Source: Acidobacteriota bacterium (GTDB lineage: Bacteria; Acidobacteriota; UBA890; WLXD01). Taken from it: a DNA stretch of 64,000 bases. The stretch spans positions 224,001-288,000 of the forward strand of contig CAXWPH010000006.1 of the NCBI GenBank assembly GCA_963666055.2. Direction: 5' to 3'. This document shows positions 51,421 to 61,439 of the stretch, piece by piece (within the stretch, counting starts at the first letter, position 1; every line of letters begins with the position of its first letter). The notes under the pieces were generated by a model. The model searched no databases, was not told where the DNA came from, and worked only from the letters and a program-made list of their open reading frames with translations. The position numbers and the translations under genes were made by a program.

Positions 51421-54112
51421 ATGGAACCCGGCACCAAACTAGGCCACTACGAGATCCTCGCCCCGCTAGGTGAAGGCGGCATGGGGCAGGTGTACCGAGC
51501 ACGCGATACGACGCTGGATCGTGATGTCGCCATCAAGGTATTGCCGGAAGACTTCGCCAGCGACCCTGGCCGACTGGCTCGGTTCGAGCGGGAAGCCAAG
51601 TTGCTCGCCTCCCTGAACCACCCCAACATCGCCACCATCTTCGGCTTCGAGGAATCGGACGGTGTGCGCTTCATCGCCATGGAACTGGTCGAGGGGGCAG
51701 AGCCTCGCCGAGCGCATTGAAGCCTCTGGACGCATCGACGTCGATGAGGCATTGGAGATCGCCCGCCGGATCGCCCTGGCGCTCGAAGCGGCTCACGAAG
51801 CCGGCGTCATCCACCGTGACCTGAAACCTGCCAACGTCCAGGTGGTCCCCGATGGCACGGTGAAGGTGCTCGACTTCGGCATCGCCAAGGTCGTCCACGC
51901 GCTGGAGACATCACCGGATCTGAACCAGTCGCCCACTACGATGTTGCCCACGGCGACCGGCGTGATCATGGGTACGGCGCACTACATGAGCCCCGAGCAG
52001 GCGCGGGGTAAACCACTCGATAAGCGCACCGACATCTGGTCGTTCGGCTGCGTGCTGTACGAGATGCTGACGGGTCGGACTCCCTTTGCGGGAGAAACGA
52101 TCACGGATGTGCTGGCAGCGATCCTCGACCGGGAGCCTGACTGGACTGCGGTCCCGGTCACCAGCTCACCGATCATCCAGCTTCTACTGCGGCAATGCCT
52201 GGAGAAGGCCCCTGATCGCCGGCTGCATGACGTTGCCGATGCACGGATTAGCATCGCGAACGCCATCGCCGATCCAGACGGAGGCATCGCTCGACTGACG
52301 GAGACCGATGAGGTCGTGAAGCCCTTCTGGCGGCGCTCGATCCCGGCATCTGCGGCAGCCGCCATCGCCGCAGCAACAGCCCTGGTGGTGTGGGTCCTGG
52401 CGCAGCAAGGCATTCAGCCACCTAAACCACCCATGACCACCAAGCTGAACATCGTGATGCCATCGTACGTTCAGATGCAGGCCGGCGGACTCCCCGCACC
52501 TCTCGCTATCTCACCCGACGGCACAACGCTGGTCTATGGAGGGATCGAAGGTGGCCTGGGCCGGCTCTATCTGAGGCTGACAAATGAGCTATCGGCTACT
52601 CCGTTGACCGGCTCCGAAGGCGGCTACAATCCATTCTTCTCGCCGGACGGCGAATGGATCGGCTTTGCCGCCAACAACAAACTGTTGAGGGTCTCTGCCA
52701 GCGGCGGTCCACCGCTGCCCATCAGCGACATCGTGGCACTGCGGGGGGCGAGCTGGGCTCCGGACGACACGATCATCCTGGCGCCGGGTCTTACATCCGG
52801 TCTGGCGCAAGTATCCGCAGCCGGGGGGGAGCTCCAAGCCATCACAACCGTGAATCCTGACAGGGGGGAGGATTCTCACCGCTGGCCGCAGGTGTTGCCG
52901 GACGGCAAGACGGTGCTGTTCAACATCGTGACCAGTCCTCGATACGACGAGGCGGAGATCGCGTTGCTGTCTCTGGAGACCGGCGAGATCGCGGTGCTGC
53001 CGGTGGTCGGAGCGGACCCCTACTACGTTCCCACCGGCCATCTGGTCTTCGGGCGTGGGCGATCCTTGCTGGCGGTTCCATTCGATCTGCAGCGGCTCGA
53101 AGTAACCGGTGCTGCTGTCGTCGTCGTAGAGGGCGTTTTCATCACGGTCGAGGGGCCAGGATCCGCATATTTTGCTGTCTCCGCCGCCGGAACACTTGTC
53201 TACAAACCGGCTCTTCCGAGTGATCGCAGACTCGTTCTAGTTGATCGGCAGGGTAAAGAGCAGCCGCTGCAACTGCAGCCAGGACCATTCACTGCGCCGC
53301 GCTTCTCTCCTGATGGCCGGCAAATCGCCTACGAGATCGACGGAGACATCTGGATCCAAGACTTGGATCGAGCGACATCCGATCGGTTCACTACCGATCC
53401 TGCCAACGACAACACCCCGTTATGGACACGTGACGGCGAGAGCCTGATCTTCAGCTCCAGTCGGGTCGGTTTTTCGGACCTTTTCCGTAAGCCTACGATG
53501 GCGCGCTCTTCAGCCGAGCAGTTGGTACCGAGCGCGAATTTCCAGTTCGCCAATTCCTTCTCTGCCGACGGTCGCTTCCTCTTGTACACAGAGCAGGGTC
53601 TCGCCACTGGCTGGGATATCTGGGTGCTGCCAATGGCTCAGCCCGACAAACCCAGATCGTTCCTGCAAACGGAGTTCGGTGAGGCAAACGCGGTCTTTTC
53701 GCCCAACGGTCAGTGGATTGCTTACACCGCCGACGAGTCCGGCGGCGACGAAGTCTACGTGGCGCCATTCTCAGGCGAGGGCAGGCGTGTCCGGATCTCA
53801 AGCGATGGTGCTCATTCGCCGCTCTGGGGACGGGATGGAAGCGAACTCTTCTTTTGGAGTCCAGGCGCCAGGATGCTGATGTCCGCCCCGATTTCGACGG
53901 AGCGAGAGTTTCGTGTGGGTGCAGCGCAGCCGTTGTTTGGCGGCAGTTACTTTGTGGCCGGCGCTGCCGGTCGTATCGAGCGAGCCTTCGATATCGCTCC
54001 GGACGGTCAGACGTTCGTGATGATCCGGCAGAGCGATCAGGAGATTTCCGATATGGTTCTGGTCCTCAACTGGTTCGACGAGCTGAAGCGGCTCGTGCCG
54101 ACGGACCCGTAG
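51421..54112 (+). CDS. Ser/Thr kinase - TM - TolB propeller, +1 frameshift in G5 run
   Basis: 51421-51720 and 51662-54112 join (MELVEG-QSLAERI) if one G is removed at 51693-51697; HRDLKPAN, DFG, YMSPE. Confidence 0.9.
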
Positions 54113-54202
54113 GGGCCTCAGCCGACCTTTGGGCGGCAGGACCTGCTGATTTTCGAATCAGCAGGGCAATCGACCTGGGACGACCTCGATCGGTCGATTC
54201 CC

Positions 54203-55684
54203 CTACCTCAGCCCCAGCTGGCGCTCCAGCCGCTCGTTCTCGGCGCGCAACCAGAGGGCCTCCTCCTGATCCGAGGCCCCGCCCGCGAAAAGCAACTCTT
54301 GCTCCTCATACCGCGTTGTCGCCAGCCTCACGGCCAGCCCCGCGACAACGTTGGCCAGGTCGTCGTGCCCGCCGGGACTGTGGTCGATAGAATCCCGGCC
54401 GCCGCGGGAGACCCGCCGCTCCAGGCCAACGAACTGGGCGGCGAGCCGGTCGCTGTCGAGGAGTTCCAGCCGACCGGCGTTCAGCAACGCCAGCGCGTCC
54501 CGGTAAAGGTCGCTCTTGGGCTTCGCGGACGGCTCGTAGGTGATCCCGTGGCGGCAGAACGCTTCCCGTGGCCACTCGCCGGCATACCGGTCACCGATCA
54601 CGCTCGAGACCGCGTAGCGATGGAGCAAGCCAGCGTACTCCCGCACGACTGCCTCGGGAGAGAATGGCGGCCGACTCTCTCGTACACAGTCCAGCACCGC
54701 GACCGGCTGACCGTCTCGCTCCTCGCGGTGACCGATGGCGAGTGTAAAAGAGTCCGCGCTGCCGCCAGACGGGTCCACGAAGGCCTCATAGATTATCTCG
54801 CGCACAGCCGGCAGCTCGCGGCGGCCCGGCACGACGCATGCTTCGACCGCTTCGCGCGAAACGAACGACTCCACGTCGGAGCGAAACTCGGCACCGTACT
54901 CCGCGGCCGCAGCGACCGGGTCCTCCGCATACGCCCGAGCGATCTCTGCCTCGCTGAACGCTGGGTTCAGCGTGCGCGTGTCGGCTTGGACTACGAGGAT
55001 GCGATCGGAGCCGCCCTGCCCGTAATGCGCCCTCCAAGTGCGCCACAGCTCCCCGCGGCGCGCGTAGGGTGACGACACCACCACCAGCAGTGACCCCGGC
55101 ACCCGGGCCAGCGCCGGTCTCAGTGCGCGAAGCAGCTCTACATCTGGCTCCGCACTATCACCCACCGGCAAGAATGCCGCTTCCTCGACGATGGCCAGCG
55201 CGTAGGAGCGTCCTCGCGGCGCAGCTTTCGACGCCGTGATCACCTCGACACTAACGCCGTTGCTCAGCTCGACCGACTCGCGCAGTTCGCGGGTCACCAT
55301 GCGCTCCAGCACGGGGACCGTCTTTAGGAGCCCACGCACATAGGAGAACGTGACGCGTGCCTGCTTCCGGTCCGGCGCGAAGATTCCCACATAGATCCGC
55401 TCCCCGGGTGCGCGACGGTAGGTGCGACCGCAGGCGAAGTACACGGCAAGCCGCGCGCAGAAGCGGCTCTTCCCGCCTCCGCGGCCGACCACGCCCCAGA
55501 ACTCAGCCACCTGCTCCGACGGCAGCCGGTCCCGCCCGGTTATCCGAAGCGCTAGCTCCGGGTTCGCCGGCTCAACCCCGAAGATCGCGTCCTCGACACT
55601 GCCCCAGGCGGCCCACGAAGGCTCGGAGAACTCCGGCCACAGCGACCGGAACTCACGTGGCGTGTAGTCGCGACCGTCGGTCAT
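54203..55684 (-). CDS. terL: Terminase large subunit-like ATPase-nuclease
   Basis: GRGGGKS, APDRKQA, RGRS..AIVEEAAF, SSP coupling motif, NP..EYGAEF, RNase H-like FVDPSGG..DS and HDDLAN. Confidence 0.8.
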   Translation of the reverse strand: MTDGRDYTPREFRSLWPEFSEPSWAAWGSVEDAIFGVEPANPELALRITGRDRLPSEQVAEFWGVVGRGGGKSRFCARLAVYFACGRTYRRAPGERIYVGIFAPDRKQARVTFSYVRGLLKTVPVLERMVTRELRESVELSNGVSVEVITASKAAPRGRSYALAIVEEAAFLPVGDSAEPDVELLRALRPALARVPGSLLVVVSSPYARRGELWRTWRAHYGQGGSDRILVVQADTRTLNPAFSEAEIARAYAEDPVAAAAEYGAEFRSDVESFVSREAVEACVVPGRRELPAVREIIYEAFVDPSGGSADSFTLAIGHREERDGQPVAVLDCVRESRPPFSPEAVVREYAGLLHRYAVSSVIGDRYAGEWPREAFCRHGITYEPSAKPKSDLYRDALALLNAGRLELLDSDRLAAQFVGLERRVSRGGRDSIDHSPGGHDDLANVVAGLAVRLATTRYEEQELLFAGGASDQEEALWLRAENERLERQLGLR

Positions 55685-56025
55685 CGCTCGACCTCCACGA
55701 GACTGCTCCTACCACAGAGAACCATCAGCAGATCCTCCATGCTCATGATCGCGAGCAACTCACTCCCGTCGGTGTGCCGCTACCGCCACCTGATCCTCGC
55801 TGGCCTCGTCGCGTGCCTGCGCCCGCGCGTCCTATAGGCGCAACCGGTCTGAGCGCTTCACTTCCCCCATTGGACCCACGGCAGAGACTCGCAGACATCG
55901 TCGGGCGAGCCGGACCCACCCCGATGCTGCTGCCTCCGCCAGGCGTCAAGGCTCTCGGCGGTCAACAGGTGAGCTAGCTTGTGTTCCGCGCTTTTGCCCC
56001 TCCGTCGACTCGTGGGTCCGCTCAT
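55681..56025 (-). pseudogene. Degenerate phage-type Holliday junction resolvase (PD-(D/E)xK)
   Basis: Manual translation MSGPTSRRRGKSAEHKLA...GSPDDVC...W, frameshift at 55864-55868, then EVKRSDRLRL*DARAQAR...VAAHRR. Confidence 0.55.
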
Positions 56026-56127
56026 CCCCCACCCTTCGCTGCGCGCTGGAGCTCGAACACCCTTAGTTCCTCAATCTCTGCCTCCTTCGTTGTCCTGTAT
56101 GTTCTTCTTTCGAGCGGCGAAAGCTCG

Positions 56128-57075
56128 CTAATCCCCCCCCCCGCACGCCTCGGCCCAGGCGCGCGCCTCCCGCCAGCGTTTCTCCGGGGACAAGAACCTG
56201 AGCGAGTACTCGAGGCATCCACTGCACCGCACGTGCCCCGTCTCCGAGTTCCGCCATGCTGCACCATAGGGTCCCAATTCGCCGAAACACGGCGAGCATG
56301 GCAGCGGAGGGTGCCACCTCCGCTCGGCATCGAACCAGCCCCAGTGCGTTGCGTACCCGTCGATGTGCTCCCAAGGCTCCCGGCTGTGTTCTATGAGTTC
56401 CTCAATTTCGGCACGGGGCTCGGGCTCGCAACACTCCTGGACCGTCCTGTCGGCGTCGAGTTCCGCCGCACAGGCGTCCGAGGGGGCCAACCCCCACCAC
56501 CCCGTAAGACCAAGTTCTAGTGCCCACATCTCTCTGAGGTCGCTTTGGGCCAGGTACAGCTTCACGGCCTCGATGCGGGGATACCCTCGCATCGAAATCG
56601 CCGCCAGGTGCACCCAGGTCAGTTCCTCGAGCAATATGGTTTCGATCAGGCGCTCCACGCGACCCATCGGAGAACAAGCCCAAGAAAAACCTTCCCAGTG
56701 CCTATTCAGCCCCTCTCTTGGTCCCAGGCCCCCCATTCTGTTGAGGAGAGTCCGCACGTTCTCATGTAGCCCCTGATGGCTACAGATGTCGGCAACCAGT
56801 CGGTGGTCGACGATCCGCGGCACTTGCGCGATTGCATACCTTGAGTCGATCTCAAAGACTACCGCCCACCGTTCCGGCTCCGTCAATCTCAGGGTGCTGA
56901 AGATCGCGTCGTACGGGACCGTGCCTGGCTCATGCGGGAAGAGGTGGCTAGCAAATTCGTGGATGCGATCGTCAGGGAGCGGCGGGCCTTCCTTGGCGTA
57001 CCGTCTCTTGGCTTGGCTGATCGCTCGGTGCTCCGTCGCAGCGGTCCGTTGATTCTCAGTCTGTTGGTGATTCAT
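56128..57075 (-). CDS. Hypothetical protein with C-terminal CxxC...CxxC
   Basis: GGAGG RBS before ATG 57075 (MNHQQ); CSPC and CSGC. Confidence 0.55.
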   Translation of the reverse strand: MNHQQTENQRTAATEHRAISQAKRRYAKEGPPLPDDRIHEFASHLFPHEPGTVPYDAIFSTLRLTEPERWAVVFEIDSRYAIAQVPRIVDHRLVADICSHQGLHENVRTLLNRMGGLGPREGLNRHWEGFSWACSPMGRVERLIETILLEELTWVHLAAISMRGYPRIEAVKLYLAQSDLREMWALELGLTGWWGLAPSDACAAELDADRTVQECCEPEPRAEIEELIEHSREPWEHIDGYATHWGWFDAERRWHPPLPCSPCFGELGPYGAAWRNSETGHVRCSGCLEYSLRFLSPEKRWREARAWAEACGGGD

Positions 57076-57107
57076 GTCGTCCTCCCCTCCTTGGGTTTCC
57101 CCGGCCG

Positions 57108-57654
57108 TCACGGGCCGCCGGTCTCGCCCTCGATCTGGTCTTCTCTCCCGAATTCGCGCTGACGTTGCTCCAGGTACTGCGCCAGCGTGGGGACCTCCGC
57201 CGGCGTTCGCGCCAGCCCCACGATCCGCAACCCGGCCATCACGCGATCGAATACGGACTCCCAGCGCTGGTGTGCCCGTCGAACCCTCCCGTCGTCGGTC
57301 AACGGGCCGCCTAGCTCGCACACTCGTTGAGCAATCCCTTCCTCTAGCACCGAGGCGCGCGCTAACGCGGCGACCGCGATACGCATGGCCATCGGGCGCC
57401 TCCTCTGGGTCGCTGTGCCCCTGATCGGCCAAGATGGCCTCGTACCGCCCCCGCACCAGCGCGGCGTGCTCCTGCCAGAACGCCGCCGACCGGGCGCCGT
57501 GGATCAGTGCGAGCGTGTTGCCGGCGATCACGTGCCCACCGGCGCACCGGTGCTCGTGCTCGGGGTGAGGCCCGGCCCCGCAACGGCACACGGCCGCGCC
57601 GCTACCGTCAGCGCGGGGCGGTGAGGTCGTCCCTACTGTGCTCTCTGCTGACAT
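57108..57654 (-). CDS. Putative terminase small subunit-like protein, split by a frame change near 57390
   Basis: N-part GHVIAGNTLALIHGARS; helical C-part in the adjacent frame ending LRIVGLAR...VPTLAQYL; lies upstream of terL. Confidence 0.4.
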
Positions 57655-57659
57655 GTCGC

Positions 57660-58050
57660 AACCTTTAGGTTAGTAACCTAACTGACGTCTCTAAGTCTTT
57701 ATTCATCAGCTAGTTAGGTCCTTGAGTAACGAGAAAGTAACGATCCGGGGTCGCTACTAAGCACGACGAGCAGGAACCGACCGTTCGGGAAGACGGGAAA
57801 TCCCTTGGCGATAGACGGCCATTCCCTCCCAATTCCGCGATCAAGGCGCTACGGTTACGCCCCTTAGAGAGGGGGCGTAACGTAGCGGTTGGCCCGTTAA
57901 CGCGTAGCGGCTCAGCGTTACTCGACGTAGCGCCATCCAACCCCTTACGGGCAAAGGCTTTTCGCAGAAGGCCAGAGAGGAGTAGCGCCCGTATAACGCT
58001 CCGCGTAGTGATCGGGGGCGCTACGCGCTCGCCGACCCATGTAACGCCCC
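57660..58050. other. Putative replication origin of the satellite-like element
   Basis: Non-coding gap after the helicase; many GTA(A/G)CG hexamers in both orientations; inverted repeats 57665-57681 and 57854-57881. Confidence 0.55.
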
Positions 58051-59748
58051 TCATCGGCGATTCTCCACGAGTCCGTAGCGGTCCGGTCCGGTGCCGCTCG
58101 GGAACTTCACAATCTTCCCAGCGCTCTCCGCACGAAGGAGCGTTTGCCGAAGAGTCCCGGCCTTCACGTCGTCGAAGTGCTCTCGGATCTGGCCTCGGGT
58201 GCGTGAGCCTCGACGCAGAAACAAGTAGAGTCGCTCGGCCACGGAGAGGTTCGCCGCCAGGTCCGCCACGTCGGCGAGGTCTACGGCGCGCACGTCGGTC
58301 GTATCCGACCCGAAGGACAGCTCGAAGCCGACGCTGCGCGGGACCGGTCCGACGTTGAACTTCCGAGGGTAGAGACCCACCGTCACGACGCTGTCGTCAG
58401 GGGTTTTCTCGGCCACCTTCGCGAACCATGTCGCTCGGGGCGAGTTGTGCCAGAAGGTCGAGCCGAACGGCCTGCGATCGGACCCTTCCGCCGCTTTTGT
58501 GATGTGGGCGATGTGCACGCTGCCAATGGGGCCGAGCTGGCGGACCACCTGGAAGTAGGCCATAGCCACCTCGGCCGACTCTGGTGCGCCCGCGCAGGCG
58601 TATGCGACAGAGTCAAAGCCGACAAATTCGAGCGCTCGGTCTCGAACCCAGCGGCGGAGGCGCTCGGCCTCGGCCACGATGGGGCGGATGCAACGCAGGT
58701 ACCGGATCTCGGGTAGCTGGTCCGGGAATAGTCGTCCCAGGCGTCCCCGATGGTCTCCCGCGGTCAGCTCCCAGTCCGCCAGGCCCACGGAGAGCCCTCT
58801 CAGGGCGAGTCGTCCTAGCGTCCACAGGAGGAGGTAAGACTTCCCCGTGTCGCCATCACCGAAGATGATGCTCGGGTGTCGGCGCGGGAGCCGCAGCCCG
58901 TCCACGTCGAGGATCTCCACCTCGCCGGGAGCCGCAATCTCGTGAAGGCCGAGGTCAGGCTCGCCCTCGCGATCGGCGGCGAGAATGCGTTGGTCGAGTT
59001 CCTCCAGAAGGTCGAGCCACGGTAGATCCTTCGCCCGTGAACGCTCGGCCAGGTACTTCGCCATCATTTGGCGGGTCCGGGTGGACGAGAAGTTGTATTC
59101 GCCGACCGATAGCACACCATCGAACGTCCGCGCGCCCGGCAGGTCGCACCGGACCAGCAGTTGGCCTTTGAGGGCACCCCGCTCACGCCGCAGGAAGTCG
59201 GCTTCGAGAGTGGCCGCAGCGGCGGGCGCGGTGAGCCGGTAGTGACCCTCGTCCACGGCAGCAAAAGTCGGTTTGGCGGCGTCCCGGTTCTCGGCGCGGG
59301 CGATGGAGTCGAGGTCCACGGTGAAGGTGCGGGCGAGCGCCACAACATCGCCATCGGCCGCGAGAGCTCGGTCCGTCATCTCCTGTCCTAGTCGCGCCAT
59401 GCTTCGCCAGGCGGCCTTGCTGTGAAGGATGCGCGCGTAGGCGCGGACATTAGCGCAGCGAGGCATGCCGTCGATCAGCGACGACACGAACGCGCGTCCA
59501 CCAGGAATGCCGTCGACGTCGTGGCCCAGCTCTGCCACGAGCGTCGTTACATCGACCGATTCATTCCGGCCGGCGAGGGCCGCCATCGCAGCCCAAATGC
59601 GCCGCTGGGCCTCCCCGAAGAAGTCGTCGGGTCGGAGGATCCCGGCGACGTCCGAGATACCCGAATCTTCCAGGAGAAGCGCACCGAGAAGCGCACGTTC
59701 AGCTTCAAGATCGGCCGGCATGGCGCGCTCTTGGGTCACGCCTCTCAT
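58051..59748 (-). CDS. DnaB N-terminal domain plus RecA-like (AAA_25) helicase, replication protein
   Basis: PADLEAERALLGALLL..LRPDDFF; GDGDTGKS, VGFDS, IAHITK, PFGS; C-terminal wHTH-like. Confidence 0.8.
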   Translation of the reverse strand: MRGVTQERAMPADLEAERALLGALLLEDSGISDVAGILRPDDFFGEAQRRIWAAMAALAGRNESVDVTTLVAELGHDVDGIPGGRAFVSSLIDGMPRCANVRAYARILHSKAAWRSMARLGQEMTDRALAADGDVVALARTFTVDLDSIARAENRDAAKPTFAAVDEGHYRLTAPAAAATLEADFLRRERGALKGQLLVRCDLPGARTFDGVLSVGEYNFSSTRTRQMMAKYLAERSRAKDLPWLDLLEELDQRILAADREGEPDLGLHEIAAPGEVEILDVDGLRLPRRHPSIIFGDGDTGKSYLLLWTLGRLALRGLSVGLADWELTAGDHRGRLGRLFPDQLPEIRYLRCIRPIVAEAERLRRWVRDRALEFVGFDSVAYACAGAPESAEVAMAYFQVVRQLGPIGSVHIAHITKAAEGSDRRPFGSTFWHNSPRATWFAKVAEKTPDDSVVTVGLYPRKFNVGPVPRSVGFELSFGSDTTDVRAVDLADVADLAANLSVAERLYLFLRRGSRTRGQIREHFDDVKAGTLRQTLLRAESAGKIVKFPSGTGPDRYGLVENRR

Positions 59749-59981
59749 GACTGGCTCCTGTTGATGGGCCGCGACAAGCCCGCTCCAACGAAATGTTCGC
59801 GAACAAGCTCGGCTGCGGCGGGTCCGTGGTCGTTATCGATCACGGAGACCAAATTCGCAGCGTTCACCGTGTAGCCTGAGCCGCTGAGCCGGGCAGCGGC
59901 GCGGACCACGAGCTCCAGCACCTGTCCCGCCACTGTTGTCGCCGGCTCCTCGATAGCGGTTCTATCCGCTGCTCTCGGCAC
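59745..59981 (-). CDS. Small hypothetical protein
   Basis: Overlaps neighbours on both sides within the operon. Confidence 0.45.
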   Translation of the reverse strand: MPRAADRTAIEEPATTVAGQVLELVVRAAARLSGSGYTVNAANLVSVIDNDHGPAAAELVREHFVGAGLSRPINRSQS

Positions 59982-60183
59982 CGTTGACCTCCGGGCCCCG
60001 CCGGCGCGCGCTGATGTACTCGCGGATAGCCGCCGGCTCGAACCTCAGAAGACGCTCGCCAAGGCGCACATACGGCAGCTCCGGCGGGTCCTTTTCGACC
60101 AAGCGGTAAATGGCCCTCGGAGTCGTGTTGAACAGCTCTGCGAGTGTGGCGACGTCAAACAAAGGCTCTGGCAGCGATGTCAT
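59962..60183 (-). CDS. Excisionase/AlpA-like HTH protein
   Basis: LFDVATLAELFNTTPRAIYRLV..LPYVRLG..LRF..IREYI; ATG at 60183 overlaps the XRE stop. Confidence 0.8.
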   Translation of the reverse strand: MTSLPEPLFDVATLAELFNTTPRAIYRLVEKDPPELPYVRLGERLLRFEPAAIREYISARRRGPEVNGAESSG

Positions 60184-60401
60184 CCTGCCCCCACCTCGGC
60201 CGAGTCCCGTTCCTCCACTTCGTCGAGGAGCGATTCGGCCGGGATCCGCAGCGCTCGGGCCAGTCGCTCTCGCTGCTCGGACGTGGGGATCATCCGCCCC
60301 CGCTCGATTGCTGAGACTTGGCACTGGTTAAGACTCGAACGCGCGGCGGCGGCGGTCTGCGTGAGACCCTGTCGCCGCCTCGCGTGTTCCAGGTTTGTCA
60401 T
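60180..60401 (-). CDS. XRE-family HTH regulator (Cro-like)
   Basis: LEHARRRQGLTQTAAA..VSAIERG..P..RLARAL. Confidence 0.8.
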   Translation of the reverse strand: MTNLEHARRRQGLTQTAAAARSSLNQCQVSAIERGRMIPTSEQRERLARALRIPAESLLDEVEERDSAEVGAG

Positions 60402-60416
60402 CGATCCTCTAGGCGT

Positions 60417-61439
60417 ATGGACCCTCAGGACTTCCACGAGAGCCGCCGGCGATCGTTCGCGAGCCTATGGCCGGTCGCAGATGGCTATCGCATCGAAGGG
60501 GGCTACCTTCTCCCGCTCGGCGAGGGAAGCCCGGTACGGCCTATCCACCACGACGGCCAGGACGCGTATCTGCCCATGGCGCGCCCAGAACTCCCGCGCG
60601 AGCTAGCGAAAGCGGCCACGGGTGACGATGACGACATCCTCGCTTTCACGCGGCGCTACGGCCTTCTGGGCTACATGCAGGCATGGTCGTTTCCCGTGGA
60701 GGAGGCCGGCATCACGTGGATTTTCGGCGAGGACAGCGAGCAGGCGGCGCCGGGATTAGCTCCAGGGGACCCGGTTGCCTCGTTCGTCGGGCATGCCAAA
60801 ACAGTGCAACTCGTGCTCAATCTCATTGGCGCCCTTGGCGCGGGCGATGGGGCCGTCCGCGAACATGTCGAGCTCCTCAAGGTTGTCCGGGGCGAGCACG
60901 GCGGCATCCGTGATGAGGTGATCGGCTATGACGCCGCGCAACGCGGGTACTTGCGACCGGTCCAGTGCGATATGTCTGTGGGGGGCGAGCCACGACACGT
61001 TGCCCTCCGCATCATCGAGCACGTGCTCAACGCGAACCTCCCGGGCATATCGCGGCAGCTCAGCGTCCAGCCCCAAGAGGACGGCGAGCTCGGCTTCGAG
61101 TCGTTGTTCGAACCCCACAACCTGGCGGACTGCGTCTACTGGCACCTAGCGGATGCCGCGGCCGGCGGGTGGGTCCGCAGGTGCGCCGACCCGCGGTGCC
61201 AGGCGTTCTTTGTGGCTCAAAGCGCCCGCGTGCAGTACTGCCCCCCGCCGAGGGGTTACAGGGGTGTGAGCCCGTGCATGAACCGGACCAAGGTCCGCCG
61301 ACACCACAAGCACAAAGAGGAGGCAAGGGAGCGCCACGAGGCCGGCGAGTCGATCAAAGCTATCGGCGAGGCCCTTGGGCGCGCTACCGACACCGTCTGC
61401 CGCTGGGTCGAGGACGCTGATAACGAGGGAGGGAAGTGA
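60417..61439 (+). CDS. ABATE/CGNR zinc-finger-like protein with C-terminal HTH
   Basis: RRCADPRCQAFF..YC..PCMNR; GESIKAIGEALGRATDTVCRWV; coupled to the integrase; start uncertain. Confidence 0.6.
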   Translation: MDPQDFHESRRRSFASLWPVADGYRIEGGYLLPLGEGSPVRPIHHDGQDAYLPMARPELPRELAKAATGDDDDILAFTRRYGLLGYMQAWSFPVEEAGITWIFGEDSEQAAPGLAPGDPVASFVGHAKTVQLVLNLIGALGAGDGAVREHVELLKVVRGEHGGIRDEVIGYDAAQRGYLRPVQCDMSVGGEPRHVALRIIEHVLNANLPGISRQLSVQPQEDGELGFESLFEPHNLADCVYWHLADAAAGGWVRRCADPRCQAFFVAQSARVQYCPPPRGYRGVSPCMNRTKVRRHHKHKEEARERHEAGESIKAIGEALGRATDTVCRWVEDADNEGGK

